Shown: positions 48,530 through 58,680, counted from the first letter of the stretch. The stretch is DNA of 64,000 bases from an uncultured Bacillota bacterium (GCA_947172355.1 CAMWBA010000001.1:3196-67195), one strand, 5' to 3'. Program-made: numbers and translations. Notes: generated by a model not told the origin, from the sequence alone.

Positions 48530-48754
48530 ACTTATTCTCTCTCCTTCTGTATCAATTTTATAGCGGCTGTACTTTTGTTTGAGCGAATATCACCTGCCAA
48601 TCATTTTGAATCGGGACAGCTGGCTTTGGTAAGCGTTGTCCCCTATATCACAAACAACAATTACCTCTGCTGCTATCGAGTATAATCCTTGACAAGCGGA
48701 ATATGTTAATCTATTATTTTTATAACTCTTATTATGATACAGGAGGGAAACAGC

Positions 48755-49705
48755 ATGACTTTTGAGCAATTTAAATATGTTTTGGAAATTGCCAAGACAG
48801 GGTCCATCAACCAGGCCTCCAACAATCTTTTTTTATCTCAGGCGACATTGTCCACCTCCATTAAAAATTTGGAAGGAGAATTGGGACAAGCAATCTTTGT
48901 TCGTAATAATCGAGGAATCCAGACAACCCCTTTTGGCCGTGATTTTATTTCTTATATTACACCGATTTGTGCACAAATGACACAATTGGAGCATATATGT
49001 AGACAACAAGCTGATACGAGCCGTGTCACATTTTCTGTATCAAGCAACGGATACCGGTTTGTGGCTCCAATTTGTGCCAAACTGTATCAGCGATACAAAA
49101 CATTGGGAATTCATATCTATCATTTAGATGGGATTGGAGATGAAACGATTGATTATGTATCCAGTCATCAGGTGGAAATTGGGATTGTTCGTGTGTGGGA
49201 ATGCTACAAACAACTTTATACCAGACAGTTTTTTGCAAAAAAAGTTCAGTTCACGCCCCTCGCCACTGTAAATATGTGCATTTTTGTGGGGAAAGGAAGC
49301 CCTCTGTTTACATTGGACTCGAAACAGGATACCATTGCCCCTGAAGTTTTAGCCGATTATCCTATGGCTGTCCATTCTAATCTTAATACAGGGCCATATT
49401 CCGATATTTTTTCTCGTTTGAAAATTCCTTACAATCGGAATCGGATTATAACCGGATCCCGTGCGGTCATTTATGATACATTGGAAAATACAGATGCTTT
49501 CTATGTTAGTTCAAACTGCGAACGTGGATACCGAAATATTGAGACTCCCTCCCATCTTCGTTCGTTTGTGCTGGAAGATTGCGATATCCATTCAGAAATT
49601 GGCTGGATCAAGCATGAAGATTATGTATTAACGCCAATCGCCAAAGAATTCGTGCGGGAAATCACATGGATGTTTCAAATATACCAGGACCCATATTGGA
49701 GCTGA
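48755..49705 (+). CDS. LysR family regulator divergent from the SSS operon
   Basis: GSINQASNNLFLSQATLSTSIKNLE; promoter TTGACA-17-TATTAT at 48689-48717. Confidence 0.92.
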   Translation: MTFEQFKYVLEIAKTGSINQASNNLFLSQATLSTSIKNLEGELGQAIFVRNNRGIQTTPFGRDFISYITPICAQMTQLEHICRQQADTSRVTFSVSSNGYRFVAPICAKLYQRYKTLGIHIYHLDGIGDETIDYVSSHQVEIGIVRVWECYKQLYTRQFFAKKVQFTPLATVNMCIFVGKGSPLFTLDSKQDTIAPEVLADYPMAVHSNLNTGPYSDIFSRLKIPYNRNRIITGSRAVIYDTLENTDAFYVSSNCERGYRNIETPSHLRSFVLEDCDIHSEIGWIKHEDYVLTPIAKEFVREITWMFQIYQDPYWS

Positions 49706-49910
49706 TAACAGTTATCAGTTCATTTGATAACCGGAGCCTGAGGTGGAAAAATAATCGGCAAAATGCAAAAAAAATGGCCGTAAGGCTCTATTGCATCACT
49801 GCTGATGATATGTATTTTAATGGATAATTCTACAATTTCTTGTGGGTAGTGGAAATCTTTAGGAGATATGCTCTTTGTGAAATATTTATGATGGAAGCAT
49901 GATTGTTCTG

Positions 49911-50807
49911 TCATGCTTCCATATTTTTATGAGTATTTCTTATTTTTTCGATAAATGCTTTCATTGCTGGCGTACACCATATACTTTTTCGGTAAATCAA
50001 TTGAATCAGCATCTGTATAGATACCTCTTTTACTGAAAAATTAGCTAACCGCTTTGCCTGTAAGCTGGCCTGAACGGTAAGCCGTGGCAAAAATGTTACA
50101 CCAAGGTTATGTTCTGTAAATTGTAAAATCGTATTGGTGCAGCCAATTTCAAGGGAGGAGCGAGGCCGCATTTGATACCCATCGCATATGTGTTCGAAGC
50201 TATGCCGGTAGTTGCACTGGCGTTCAGTCAACAGCATGTTTTCTTGTAAAAGCTCTGCCAATGGAAGGTCTGCCCGTCCAGCAAAAGCGTGTTCAGGCGC
50301 GCATAGAAAAACAATGTCTTCCTTCCGGCTCCAGGCGCAGGTCCAATCCGGATCATAGACTTGTTCGTCCAGGGTCAGCATGAGATCAATTTTATTTTGA
50401 CGCAGCATTTCCATGATTTCCCGTGTGGTCGCAGTCAAGACCTGCACATGTACCTCTGGAAAGTTTGTTAAATAATCTTCCAGAATATCGGGAAGGAAAA
50501 AGGTGCCGACAGATTCGATTACCCCGATGCGCAGAGAGCCTCGGGGTGTTTTTGTGTCAGACACATTGGCCTTTGTCTCGCTGACCAACGCAAGCAGCTG
50601 GTTGGCGTAGAGTAGGAGCTCTTGTCCCTTTGCATTTAGTCGGATACGCTTCCCATTACGGTCAAACAGCTTGACGCCTAGTTCTTCCTCTAGCTGTGCG
50701 ATCTGTGTGGTTACGGTGGACTGTGCGTAGCCTAGCTGATCAGCCGCTTTTGAAAAGCTCATGGCCTCGCACACTTTGCTGTAAGTCAGAAGATTTCGCA
50801 GTTCCAT
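49911..50807 (-). CDS. LysR family regulator divergent from the nitrilase
   Basis: SFSKAADQLGYAQSTVTTQIAQLEEELG. Confidence 0.92.
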   Translation of the reverse strand: MELRNLLTYSKVCEAMSFSKAADQLGYAQSTVTTQIAQLEEELGVKLFDRNGKRIRLNAKGQELLLYANQLLALVSETKANVSDTKTPRGSLRIGVIESVGTFFLPDILEDYLTNFPEVHVQVLTATTREIMEMLRQNKIDLMLTLDEQVYDPDWTCAWSRKEDIVFLCAPEHAFAGRADLPLAELLQENMLLTERQCNYRHSFEHICDGYQMRPRSSLEIGCTNTILQFTEHNLGVTFLPRLTVQASLQAKRLANFSVKEVSIQMLIQLIYRKSIWCTPAMKAFIEKIRNTHKNMEA

Positions 50808-51020
50808 AACATCCTCCTAATCAAAAATACTGATAAAGCGAATCAAATCTTTCAATTTTTCTTTCATTATACTTTGTGCTATGATTTTTGTAAATACGAC
50901 CTCTCAGATTTGATAAAAATTTAGGCAGAGGTGACAAAAGAAAGGAGGAGGAACGGAGAGACGGAGTATCGAAAATCCATGATAATGCTTTGTGATTACA
51001 AGAAGATTGGAGGATTTCTT

Positions 51021-51947
51021 ATGAATGACATCGAAAAAAATACCTGCCGGATTGCCTTGGTCCAGTCCAGCCCTGTCATGTTCGACAAGACGGCTACCAC
51101 GGACACTGCTGTCTGTGCCATTGATGAGGCTGGGAGCAATGGTGCGGAGCTGATCGTGTTTCCGGAATCCTACATCCCTTGCTACCCCTACGGCATGACT
51201 TTTGGTTTCACGGTCGGTGCCCGTACCAAAGACGGAAGGGCGGACTGGAAACGGTACTATGACGCTTCTGTGGTCGTTCCCGGCCCAGAAACGGAACGGC
51301 TGGGCGAAGCTGCGAAAGCAGCTGGTGCTTATGTAAGTATCGGCATCACGGAACGGGACGCGGTCAATGCCACCCTCTATTGCACGAATCTGATTTTCGC
51401 TCCAGATGGTAGCCTGGCGGCCAAGCACCGGAAGCTGAAGCCCACCGGCGCGGAGCGCGTGATCTGGGGCGATGGCTACGAGGGCAGCTTCCCAGTAGTG
51501 GAGACGCCCTGGGGCGTGATGGGGAGCCTAATCTGCTGGGAGAACTATATGCCTCTTGCCCGCGCAGCGCTCTATGCGAAAGGTACCACGATCTACCTGG
51601 CTCCTAATACGAACGACAACCCGGAATGGCAGGACACGATCAAGCACATCGCGATTGAGGGCCGCTGCTATGTGGTCAACGTGGACCAATATATCACAAA
51701 AAGTATGTATCCCAGTGATCTTCACTGTCCCCAGGAGATTGCTGCGTTGAAAGACGAGGTGTGCATCGGAGGCAGCTGCGTCATTGATCCTTACGGACAC
51801 TATGTCAATGAGCCTGTCTGGAACAAAGAGGCCATTATCTATGCAGACCTGGATATGAGCGCGGTACCCATGAGCCGGATGGAGTTTGACGGTGTAGGGC
51901 ACTATTCCCGGCCCGACATACTGAAGCTGACCGTTCAGAATAACTAA
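51021..51947 (+). CDS. nitrilase (carbon-nitrogen hydrolase branch 1)
   Basis: triad VFPES (Glu), HRKLKPT (Lys), ICWEN (Cys); FDGVGHYSRPD. Confidence 0.9.
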   Translation: MNDIEKNTCRIALVQSSPVMFDKTATTDTAVCAIDEAGSNGAELIVFPESYIPCYPYGMTFGFTVGARTKDGRADWKRYYDASVVVPGPETERLGEAAKAAGAYVSIGITERDAVNATLYCTNLIFAPDGSLAAKHRKLKPTGAERVIWGDGYEGSFPVVETPWGVMGSLICWENYMPLARAALYAKGTTIYLAPNTNDNPEWQDTIKHIAIEGRCYVVNVDQYITKSMYPSDLHCPQEIAALKDEVCIGGSCVIDPYGHYVNEPVWNKEAIIYADLDMSAVPMSRMEFDGVGHYSRPDILKLTVQNN

Positions 51948-52000
51948 GCCGGACATGGATGACAGTGAAGCCGGCCTCAATGTGCACCGGGGTTCTCCTG

Positions 52001-52824
52001 TGTCAGCGCCAGTGATAAAATGAAAGAAAACACCAAGGAAAAAATGTAGTTTTGCGGCGGAGGAGGCGAAAAAAAGATAGACTCCCAATAGGGCGAAATA
52101 GATCAGCGAACAGCAAAGCGGTATGCGGAATCACCGCAAAGACCGGAGTACACATAAACAGGACCGAAACCGACATAGCTGGACGGGTACAAAAAGACTG
52201 CCTCATCTCCTACGCCGGAAATCAGTACTCCGTGCCGGCGGAGTACAGCAGATCGCTCTGCACCGGATATCGTATTAGAGAAAATACATGGTTGTCAATC
52301 CGCAGCACTACAGAAGGCTCATATTAAAACAGACAATGGACGCAGAAAATGTTCTGTTAGAGCAGGGAAAAGTAATTGATTTTCCCTTGAAACCCTCCGA
52401 TTTGTCCAGATATGACGTGGTGCTGTATGACTGAATTTACTATGGACAGACTGCGGGAAAACCTGGAAAGCCTCAAGATGAAAAACACCCTGGAGATTCT
52501 GGACAATTACCTGGAGCGGGCTGTGGCAGAAAATCTCAACATTGTGGATGTTTTGGATCATATCTTCGCGGAGGAGGCCAAATCCAAGCGGAAACGGGCC
52601 TATGAGAAACAAATCCAGATGTCCGGCTTCCCCATCCAGAAGACCCTGGACGACTTCGATTTCTCCTTCCAACCCTCCATAAACAAGCGCCAAATCAACG
52701 AGCTGGCCACCATGCGTTTTCTGGAGAATGGGGAGAATGTAGTCTTCCTCGGCCCGCCAGGTGTGGGCAAGACTCATCTCGCCTCCGCTATCCTGGACCG
52801 CGTTCTGCATCACTGCACCGTCAT
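52001..52824 (+). mobile_element. IS21-family remnant (end repeat, istA fragments, internally deleted istB)
   Basis: TGTCAGCGCCAGTGATAAAATG end at 52001; RVQKDCLISYAGNQYSVPAEY (IstA); IstB from 52427 with FDFSFQPS and GPPGVGKTHLA jumping to AILDRVLHH. Confidence 0.8.
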
Positions 52825-53640
52825 GATCAATTACCGCCTGCGGGACAAGACCCTTTTCCTCAAGGCCAAGGGTCTGTTGTCCCTCATGCTCAGCCTCCCG
52901 GAGACATGGGACTATACCCTCTCCGGGCTGGCCCGGATCAGCTTGGAGGGTAAGGACGCCATCCGGACCGCCGTGGTGGAGCTGGAGAAAGCCGGATACA
53001 TCCAGCGTGCACAGACCACCGACAAGGCCGAAAAATTCAGTGGCAACGAGTACATCATTCGGGAGCACCCGACCCAAGTGCCATTGTCGAAAAAACCGGC
53101 GACGGTTTCCACGCAAACGGGAAACACGTCGCCGGTTTTTCCAACGCAAATAAATAAAGAAAAACAAATAACTGACTCATTAAGTAAAGATTCATTCCCT
53201 TTCCCTTCAACCCCTCCCGCTCCGGATGTTGGGCTGAAAGAAGCGAAGGGAAGGAAACATGGGAGAAAAAATGCCGTCAGCAAAAAGGAGATGGACGGCT
53301 ATCGGGAGCTGATTCGGGAAAACATCTGCTATGACGATTTCGCAAGGGAGCGTCCGTATGATGTCCCGCAGTTGGACGAGATGGTGGAGGCGGTCTGCTC
53401 CAGGAAGGAGGCGGTCCGGGCGGCGGGAAACGACCTTCCCCAAGCGGTGGTGAAGTCCCGGCTGCTGAAGCCGGATGGGCAGCATATCCGCTTTGTGTTC
53501 GACTGCCCCCGGAGAACACCACCCAGGTACGGAACATGAAGCAGTACCTGCTGACGGTGCTGTACAACACCCCTGTGACCATGGAGAGCCACTATGTTGC
53601 ACAAGTCAACCATGATTTCTATGCAGAAAAAACAGTATAG
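52817..53640 (+). pseudogene. HTH replication-initiator / DUF6017-like remnant fused to istB
   Basis: LKAKGLLSLMLSLPETWDYTLSGLA...ELEKAGYI; VVKSRLLK; frameshifted tail NMKQYLLTVLYN...VNHD. Confidence 0.7.
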
Positions 53641-53683
53641 TTAGCTTTTCAATATACACTCTCTGGCAATGTATAATGCTTTC

Positions 53684-54115
53684 CTACCCATGGCAGCTCT
53701 CGCAGAAGTTGCAATCCGGAAAATCCTTCGGGTCGCAGGCAATGCCCTGGCGGTCATAATAGTCCTTTACTGCCGCCCGAATGGCCTCCTCTGCAAGAAC
53801 CGAGCAGTGCAGCTTGTGGGCGGGCAAGCCGCCCAGAGCCTCAGTGACGGCCTGGTTGGTGAGCTTCAGCACTTCCGAGAGCGGTTTGCCTTTGATTAGC
53901 TCGGTTGCCATAGAACTGGAGGCAATAGCGGAGCCGCAGCCGAAGGTTTCAAACTTCACGTTTGACACAATGCCGTCCTCAATTTTGAGGTAGATCTTCA
54001 TAATGTCCCCGCAGACGGCGTTTCCCACCTCGCCAATCCCGTCCGCGTCCTCGATCACACCCACATTCCGGGGATTCCGGAAGTGGTCCATTACCTTTTC
54101 ACTGTAAAGCGCCAT
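53684..54115 (-). CDS. iscU: Fe-S scaffold IscU/NifU
   Basis: YSEKVMDHF.NPRNVG, GNAVCGD, FGCGSAIAS, KLHCS. Confidence 0.93.
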   Translation of the reverse strand: MALYSEKVMDHFRNPRNVGVIEDADGIGEVGNAVCGDIMKIYLKIEDGIVSNVKFETFGCGSAIASSSMATELIKGKPLSEVLKLTNQAVTEALGGLPAHKLHCSVLAEEAIRAAVKDYYDRQGIACDPKDFPDCNFCESCHG

Positions 54116-54128
54116 AACAAAACCCTCC

Positions 54129-55313
54129 TCATAGGACAAATTCTTTCTGTCCACTGACCTTATCCTTCCAAAGCGGGGACATATTGCGCAGATAGCCCAC
54201 GATTTCCGGGACCGCCTTTAAAATAGCGTCTACGTCAGCCTCGGTGTTTTCCTCACAGAGAGACAGCCGCAGGGAGCCGTGGGCCGCCTCGTGGGGCCGG
54301 CCGATGGCCAGCAGAACGTGGCTGGGGTCCAGGGAGCCAGAGGTACAGGCAGAGCCGGAGGAGGCGCAGATGCCCCGGTCGTCCAGCAGCAGGAGCAGGC
54401 TCTCCCCCTCGATGCCCTCAAAGCAGAAGTTCACATTGCCGGGAAGCCGACTCACAGGATCGCCGTTGAGGGCGGAGTGGGGAATCTGCGACAACCCCGC
54501 AATCAGTCTGTCCCGCAGGGCGGACACCTTCGTGGTATTCTCCTCCATGTGTGCACAGGCTTCCTCCAGAGCCGCCGCCATGCCCACAATGGCCGGGACG
54601 TTCTCTGTCCCTGCCCGTTTGCCTCGCTCCTGGGCTCCGCCCTCAATGATGCTGGACAGCGGTATCCCCTGCCGGGCGTATAGCACCCCGGCCCCTTTGG
54701 GCCCGTGGAACTTGTGGGCGGAGAGGGACAGCAGGTCGATGTTCTGTGCTTTTACGTCAATGGGCAGGTGGCCTGCCGCCTGTACTGCATCGGTATGGAA
54801 CAGGACATCCCGCCCCCGGCACACCGCGCCGATTTCGGGGATGGGCAGGACGGAGCCGATCTCGTTGTTGGCGTACATGATGGTCACCAGGGCGGTGTCC
54901 TCCCGGATGGCCTCCGCAACCTGCTGGGCAGTAATGGTTCCCAGCTCTCCCACAGGAAGCAGCTCCACCTCAAAGCCCTCGCCCTCAAGCTTTTTTAAGG
55001 TGTGCAGGATGGCGTGATGTTCAAAGGCCGTGGAGATGATGTGGCGCTTCTCCTTCCGGGCACCCAGCAGGGCGGCGGAGCGGATGGCCTGGTTGTCCGC
55101 CTCGCTGCCCCCGGAGGTGAAGGTAATCTCCTTGGGGGAGGCCCCAATACAGGCTGCGATCCGCTCCCGGGCCTCCTCCAAAGCCTCCTTGGCCCGCTGG
55201 CCCAGCCCATACAGACTGGAGGGATTACCGTAGAGTTCATTCATGTAAGGCAACATGGCATCTATCGCGGTGCAGCTCATTTTCGTGGTGGCCGCGTTGT
55301 CTGCGTAAATCAT
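54129..55313 (-). CDS. iscS: cysteine desulfurase IscS/NifS
   Basis: YADNAATT, GNPSS, HTDAVQ, SAHKFHGPKG, SSGSAC. Confidence 0.94.
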   Translation of the reverse strand: MIYADNAATTKMSCTAIDAMLPYMNELYGNPSSLYGLGQRAKEALEEARERIAACIGASPKEITFTSGGSEADNQAIRSAALLGARKEKRHIISTAFEHHAILHTLKKLEGEGFEVELLPVGELGTITAQQVAEAIREDTALVTIMYANNEIGSVLPIPEIGAVCRGRDVLFHTDAVQAAGHLPIDVKAQNIDLLSLSAHKFHGPKGAGVLYARQGIPLSSIIEGGAQERGKRAGTENVPAIVGMAAALEEACAHMEENTTKVSALRDRLIAGLSQIPHSALNGDPVSRLPGNVNFCFEGIEGESLLLLLDDRGICASSGSACTSGSLDPSHVLLAIGRPHEAAHGSLRLSLCEENTEADVDAILKAVPEIVGYLRNMSPLWKDKVSGQKEFVL

Positions 55314-55371
55314 AAATTTCCTTTCCGAACAGAAACTTGCCGGTGGCTTCACCGGCGTGTTCGCTCTATAC

Positions 55372-56250
55372 TCAATCCGCAAACAGCGGTGTGGACAGGT
55401 AGCGGTCGCCGGTGTCCGGGAACAGGGCCACGATGGTCTTGCCCTCATTCTCGGGCCGCAAGGCCAGCACAATTGCCGCATGGAGTGCGGCGCCGGAAGA
55501 GATGCCAACCAAGACACCCTCTTTGCGGCCCATCAACTGCCCGGCAGCAAAGGCGTCATCGTTGGACACAGGAATGACCTCATCATAGACGGCGGTATCC
55601 AGTACCTCCGGGACAAAGCCCGCGCCGATGCCCTGGATTTTGTGGCTTCCAGAGCGGTCCTCGCTGAGCACGGGGGAGTCCTTGGGTTCCACCGCCGCCA
55701 CCTTCACCGCCGGGTTCTGCTCCTTGAGGTACTGTCCCACGCCGGTGATGGTGCCGCCGGTGCCCACACCGGCCACAAAGATGTCCACCTGCCCATCGGT
55801 GTCTGCCCAAATTGCCGGAATGAAGCTGTCGGGAATCTCCTGGGCCAGCTCCTCCGCCTTGGCGATGGCCCCCTTCATCCCCTTAGCCCCCTCGGTGAGC
55901 ACCAGCTCCGCACCGTAGGCCTTCATCAGCTGGCGGCGCTCCACACTCATGGTGTCCGGCATGGTGATGATGATGCGGTAGCCCCGGGCGGCGGCCACCG
56001 AGGCCAGCCCGATCCCGGTGTTGCCCGAGGTGGGCTCGATGATGGCGGAGCCGGGCTTCAGCCTGCCGCTGGCCTCGGCCTCGTCGATCATGGCCTTGGC
56101 AATGCGGTCCTTCACCGACCCGGCGGGGTTGAAATACTCCAGCTTGGCCAGAATGCGGGCTTTCAGCCCCGCCTCCTCCTCAATATGGGTCAGCTCCAGT
56201 AGAGGTGTTTTGCCGATCAGCTGGTCGGCGGATGTGTAGATATTGGACAT
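55372..56250 (-). CDS. cysK: cysteine synthase A with an in-frame internal deletion (possibly inactive)
   Basis: [29 protein letters not shown] present; the QFxNPxN...H..TTGPE segment is missing near 55815. Confidence 0.85.
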   Translation of the reverse strand: MSNIYTSADQLIGKTPLLELTHIEEEAGLKARILAKLEYFNPAGSVKDRIAKAMIDEAEASGRLKPGSAIIEPTSGNTGIGLASVAAARGYRIIITMPDTMSVERRQLMKAYGAELVLTEGAKGMKGAIAKAEELAQEIPDSFIPAIWADTDGQVDIFVAGVGTGGTITGVGQYLKEQNPAVKVAAVEPKDSPVLSEDRSGSHKIQGIGAGFVPEVLDTAVYDEVIPVSNDDAFAAGQLMGRKEGVLVGISSGAALHAAIVLALRPENEGKTIVALFPDTGDRYLSTPLFAD

Positions 56251-56251
56251 A

Positions 56252-56821
56252 TTATGACCTTCTTTCATTTGCAAAAAGAGTTTTCTGAACGGAGCCGGTT
56301 TGGCACCACTGATCCCAGATTTTTGTCAGGCGGCAAGGGAAACAGATCACGATGCCGCAGACAGTGCCCACAGCGGCTTGCAGGATTTGGAAGGGCAGCT
56401 TTAAGATTGCATACTCAGGCGTGCTGTATACAAAGGCCCTACCCAGGGAGTAGCCCACCACCATGATAACGGCCCCAAGGATCACGCCCAGCACCGCCCC
56501 GCCGAAGCGGTTTTGGGGAACGCTGTGGGCACAGAGGGAAATGACAGCGGCCTGGAGTCCGTGGGTGACTAGGGAAACAAACATGGGCGCTGGGTAGAAG
56601 AACAGATCTCCCAGGAAAGCACCGAGCCCGCCCACCGCAAAGGCACCGACAGGGTCCAGCAGGATGGCGGCGGTACAGATTACGATGTCATTCAGATAGA
56701 GGTGCCCGCCCGGAACCGGCATTCCAAAGGAGCTGAGGGCGATATTCATCGCCATAAATACGGCGGTCACGGTCAGCCAGCGCACAGGGGCGCGGTGGCG
56801 CAAGGATTCGGATTTCATCAC
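56252..56821 (-). CDS. ECF transporter S component
   Basis: about 6 TM segments, [23 protein letters not shown]; lies inside the metY operon. Confidence 0.75.
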   Translation of the reverse strand: MMKSESLRHRAPVRWLTVTAVFMAMNIALSSFGMPVPGGHLYLNDIVICTAAILLDPVGAFAVGGLGAFLGDLFFYPAPMFVSLVTHGLQAAVISLCAHSVPQNRFGGAVLGVILGAVIMVVGYSLGRAFVYSTPEYAILKLPFQILQAAVGTVCGIVICFPCRLTKIWDQWCQTGSVQKTLFANERRS

Positions 56822-56835
56822 AGGTCTCTCCTTCC

Positions 56836-58122
56836 TTACCCCCGCGCCACAGCAGCGAAGCCCTGTTCCATGTCAGCAATGATGTCGTCGATGTGCTCCG
56901 TGCCGATGGACAGGCGGATGGTGTTGGGACGTATGCCCTGATCCAGCAGCTCTTTGGGGGAGAGCTGCGAGTGGGTGGTGGTAGCGGGATGGATCACCAG
57001 GGACTTCACGTCCGCCACGTTGGCCAGCAGGGAGAAGATTTCCAGGCTGTCGATGAACCTGTGGGCTTCCTTTTGCCCGCCTTTGATCTCAAAGGTGAAG
57101 ATGGATGCGCCGCCGTTGGGGAAGTACTTTTCATACAGGGCGTGGTCGGGATGATCGGGCAAGGAGGGGTGGTTGACCTTCTCTACCTGGGGGTGATTGG
57201 AGAGGAACTCCACCACCTTTTTGGTGTTCTCGGCGTGGCGCTCCAGTCGCAGGGACAGAGTTTCCACCCCCTGGAGAAGCAAGAAAGCGTTGAAGGGGGA
57301 GATGGCCGCCCCGGTGTCTCGGAGGAGGATAGCCCGGATGTAGGTGACGAAGGCGGCGGGGCCGGCGGCGTCCGCGAAGCTGACTCCGTGGTAGCTGGTG
57401 TTGGGGGCAGCGATGGACTTATACTTCCCGCTGGCCTTCCAGTCAAATTTACCGCTGTCCACGATGATGCCGCCCAGAGTGGTGCCGTGGCCGCCGATGA
57501 ACTTGGTGGCCGAGTGGACCACGATGTCCGCCCCATGCTCAATGGGCCGGATCAGGTAGGGAGTGCCGAAGGTGTTGTCAATGACCAGAGGCAGGCCGTG
57601 CTTATGAGCGATGGCCGCAATGGCGTCGACGTCGGGGATGTCGCTGTTGGGATTGCCCAGCGTCTCCAGATAGATGGCCTTGGTGTTGACCTGAATGGCG
57701 CTTTCCAGCTCCGTCAGGTTATGGGCATCCACAAAGGTGGTTTTCACCCCGAACTGGGGCAGGGTGTGGGCCAGCAGGTTGTAGCTGCCGCCATAGATGG
57801 TCTTTTGAGCCACGATGTGGTCTCCCGCCTGGGCCAATGCCTGGATGGTATAGGTAATGGCCGCCGCGCCCGAGGCGGTGGCCAGCGCCGCCACGCCCCC
57901 TTCCAGGGCGGCAATCCGCTTCTCCAGCACATCCTGGGTGGAGTTGGTCAGCCGGCCGTAGATGTTCCCTGCGTCCGCCAAACCGAACCGGGCAGCGGCG
58001 TGGGCGGAGTCCCGGAAGACATAGGAGGTGGTTTGGTAAATAGGCACCGCCCGGGCGTCGGTGGCGGGGTTGGGCTGTTCCTGCCCCACATGGAGCTGCA
58101 AGGTCTCAAACTTATAACGCAT
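56836..58122 (-). CDS. metY: O-acetylhomoserine sulfhydrylase
   Basis: VPIYQTTSY, IYGRLTN, DNTF, HSATKFIGGHG, LANVAD.KSL.IHPA.TTH. Confidence 0.92.
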   Translation of the reverse strand: MRYKFETLQLHVGQEQPNPATDARAVPIYQTTSYVFRDSAHAAARFGLADAGNIYGRLTNSTQDVLEKRIAALEGGVAALATASGAAAITYTIQALAQAGDHIVAQKTIYGGSYNLLAHTLPQFGVKTTFVDAHNLTELESAIQVNTKAIYLETLGNPNSDIPDVDAIAAIAHKHGLPLVIDNTFGTPYLIRPIEHGADIVVHSATKFIGGHGTTLGGIIVDSGKFDWKASGKYKSIAAPNTSYHGVSFADAAGPAAFVTYIRAILLRDTGAAISPFNAFLLLQGVETLSLRLERHAENTKKVVEFLSNHPQVEKVNHPSLPDHPDHALYEKYFPNGGASIFTFEIKGGQKEAHRFIDSLEIFSLLANVADVKSLVIHPATTTHSQLSPKELLDQGIRPNTIRLSIGTEHIDDIIADMEQGFAAVARG

Positions 58123-58154
58123 GGGAAATATCCCCTTTCTCTGTTTATGTCCCG

Positions 58155-58230
58155 AGTATATTCCTATATACCTACTTTGTCAATAGGATTAAATAAATTT
58201 CTTGAAATCCTATTTACCCTGTGGTATGAT
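58155..58230. promoter_or_regulatory. divergent sigmaA promoters with a probable Rrf2 operator
   Basis: minus strand TTGACA-17-TATACT (58183-58155); plus strand TTGAAA-17-TATGAT (58202-58230); imperfect palindrome atacctac...ataggat over the -35. Confidence 0.65.
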
Positions 58231-58253
58231 AGGATAAATTAGGAGGGATTTTT

Positions 58254-58658
58254 ATGATGATTTCCACAAAGGGCCGGTATGCGCTGCGGTTTCTGATAGA
58301 TGTTGCGGAGAATCAGAGCGACGGATTCGTGCCCCTGAAGGATGTGGCTGCCCGTCAGGAGATTTCAGAGAAATATCTGGAAATTGTGGTGAAAGAGCTT
58401 GTCAAAGGCGGTCTGCTTGACGCACTGCGGGGAAAAGGGGGCGGCTACCGGCTGAACAGGCCTCCGGAGGAGTACAGTGTAAAGTCCATTATTGAGCGGA
58501 TGGAGGGACCGCTTGCCCCTGTCGCCTGCCTGGAGCCGGGGCAGGGAACTTGCCCCCGGAGCAAGGATTGCCGTACGCTTCCCATCTGGCAGGGATTGGA
58601 CAAAGTGATTTCCGACTATCTGGCGCAGTTTACCCTGGCGGATCTCATTCGAGAGTAA
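58254..58658 (+). CDS. Rrf2 family regulator (CymR/IscR-like)
   Basis: ISTKGRYALR, ISEKYLE, RGKGGGY; three Cys in C-x7-C-x4-C. Confidence 0.92.
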   Translation: MMISTKGRYALRFLIDVAENQSDGFVPLKDVAARQEISEKYLEIVVKELVKGGLLDALRGKGGGYRLNRPPEEYSVKSIIERMEGPLAPVACLEPGQGTCPRSKDCRTLPIWQGLDKVISDYLAQFTLADLIRE

Positions 58659-58680
58659 ATATTTGAAGGGTGGGAGTACC

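Larger units (their letters stand above)
40365..53640. mobile_element. decayed genomic island inserted at the 3' end of guaA (right boundary uncertain)
   Basis: GC drop right after the guaA stop, tggcaaca direct repeats (40422-40441), ICE-type XRE, Cys-rich KTR, recombinase, IS21 and Rep remnants. Confidence 0.7.

Noticed and set aside
49720-49914. 64-aa ORF overlapping the end of the second LysR gene
   Set aside because: AT-rich, no clear RBS or family features; probably incidental
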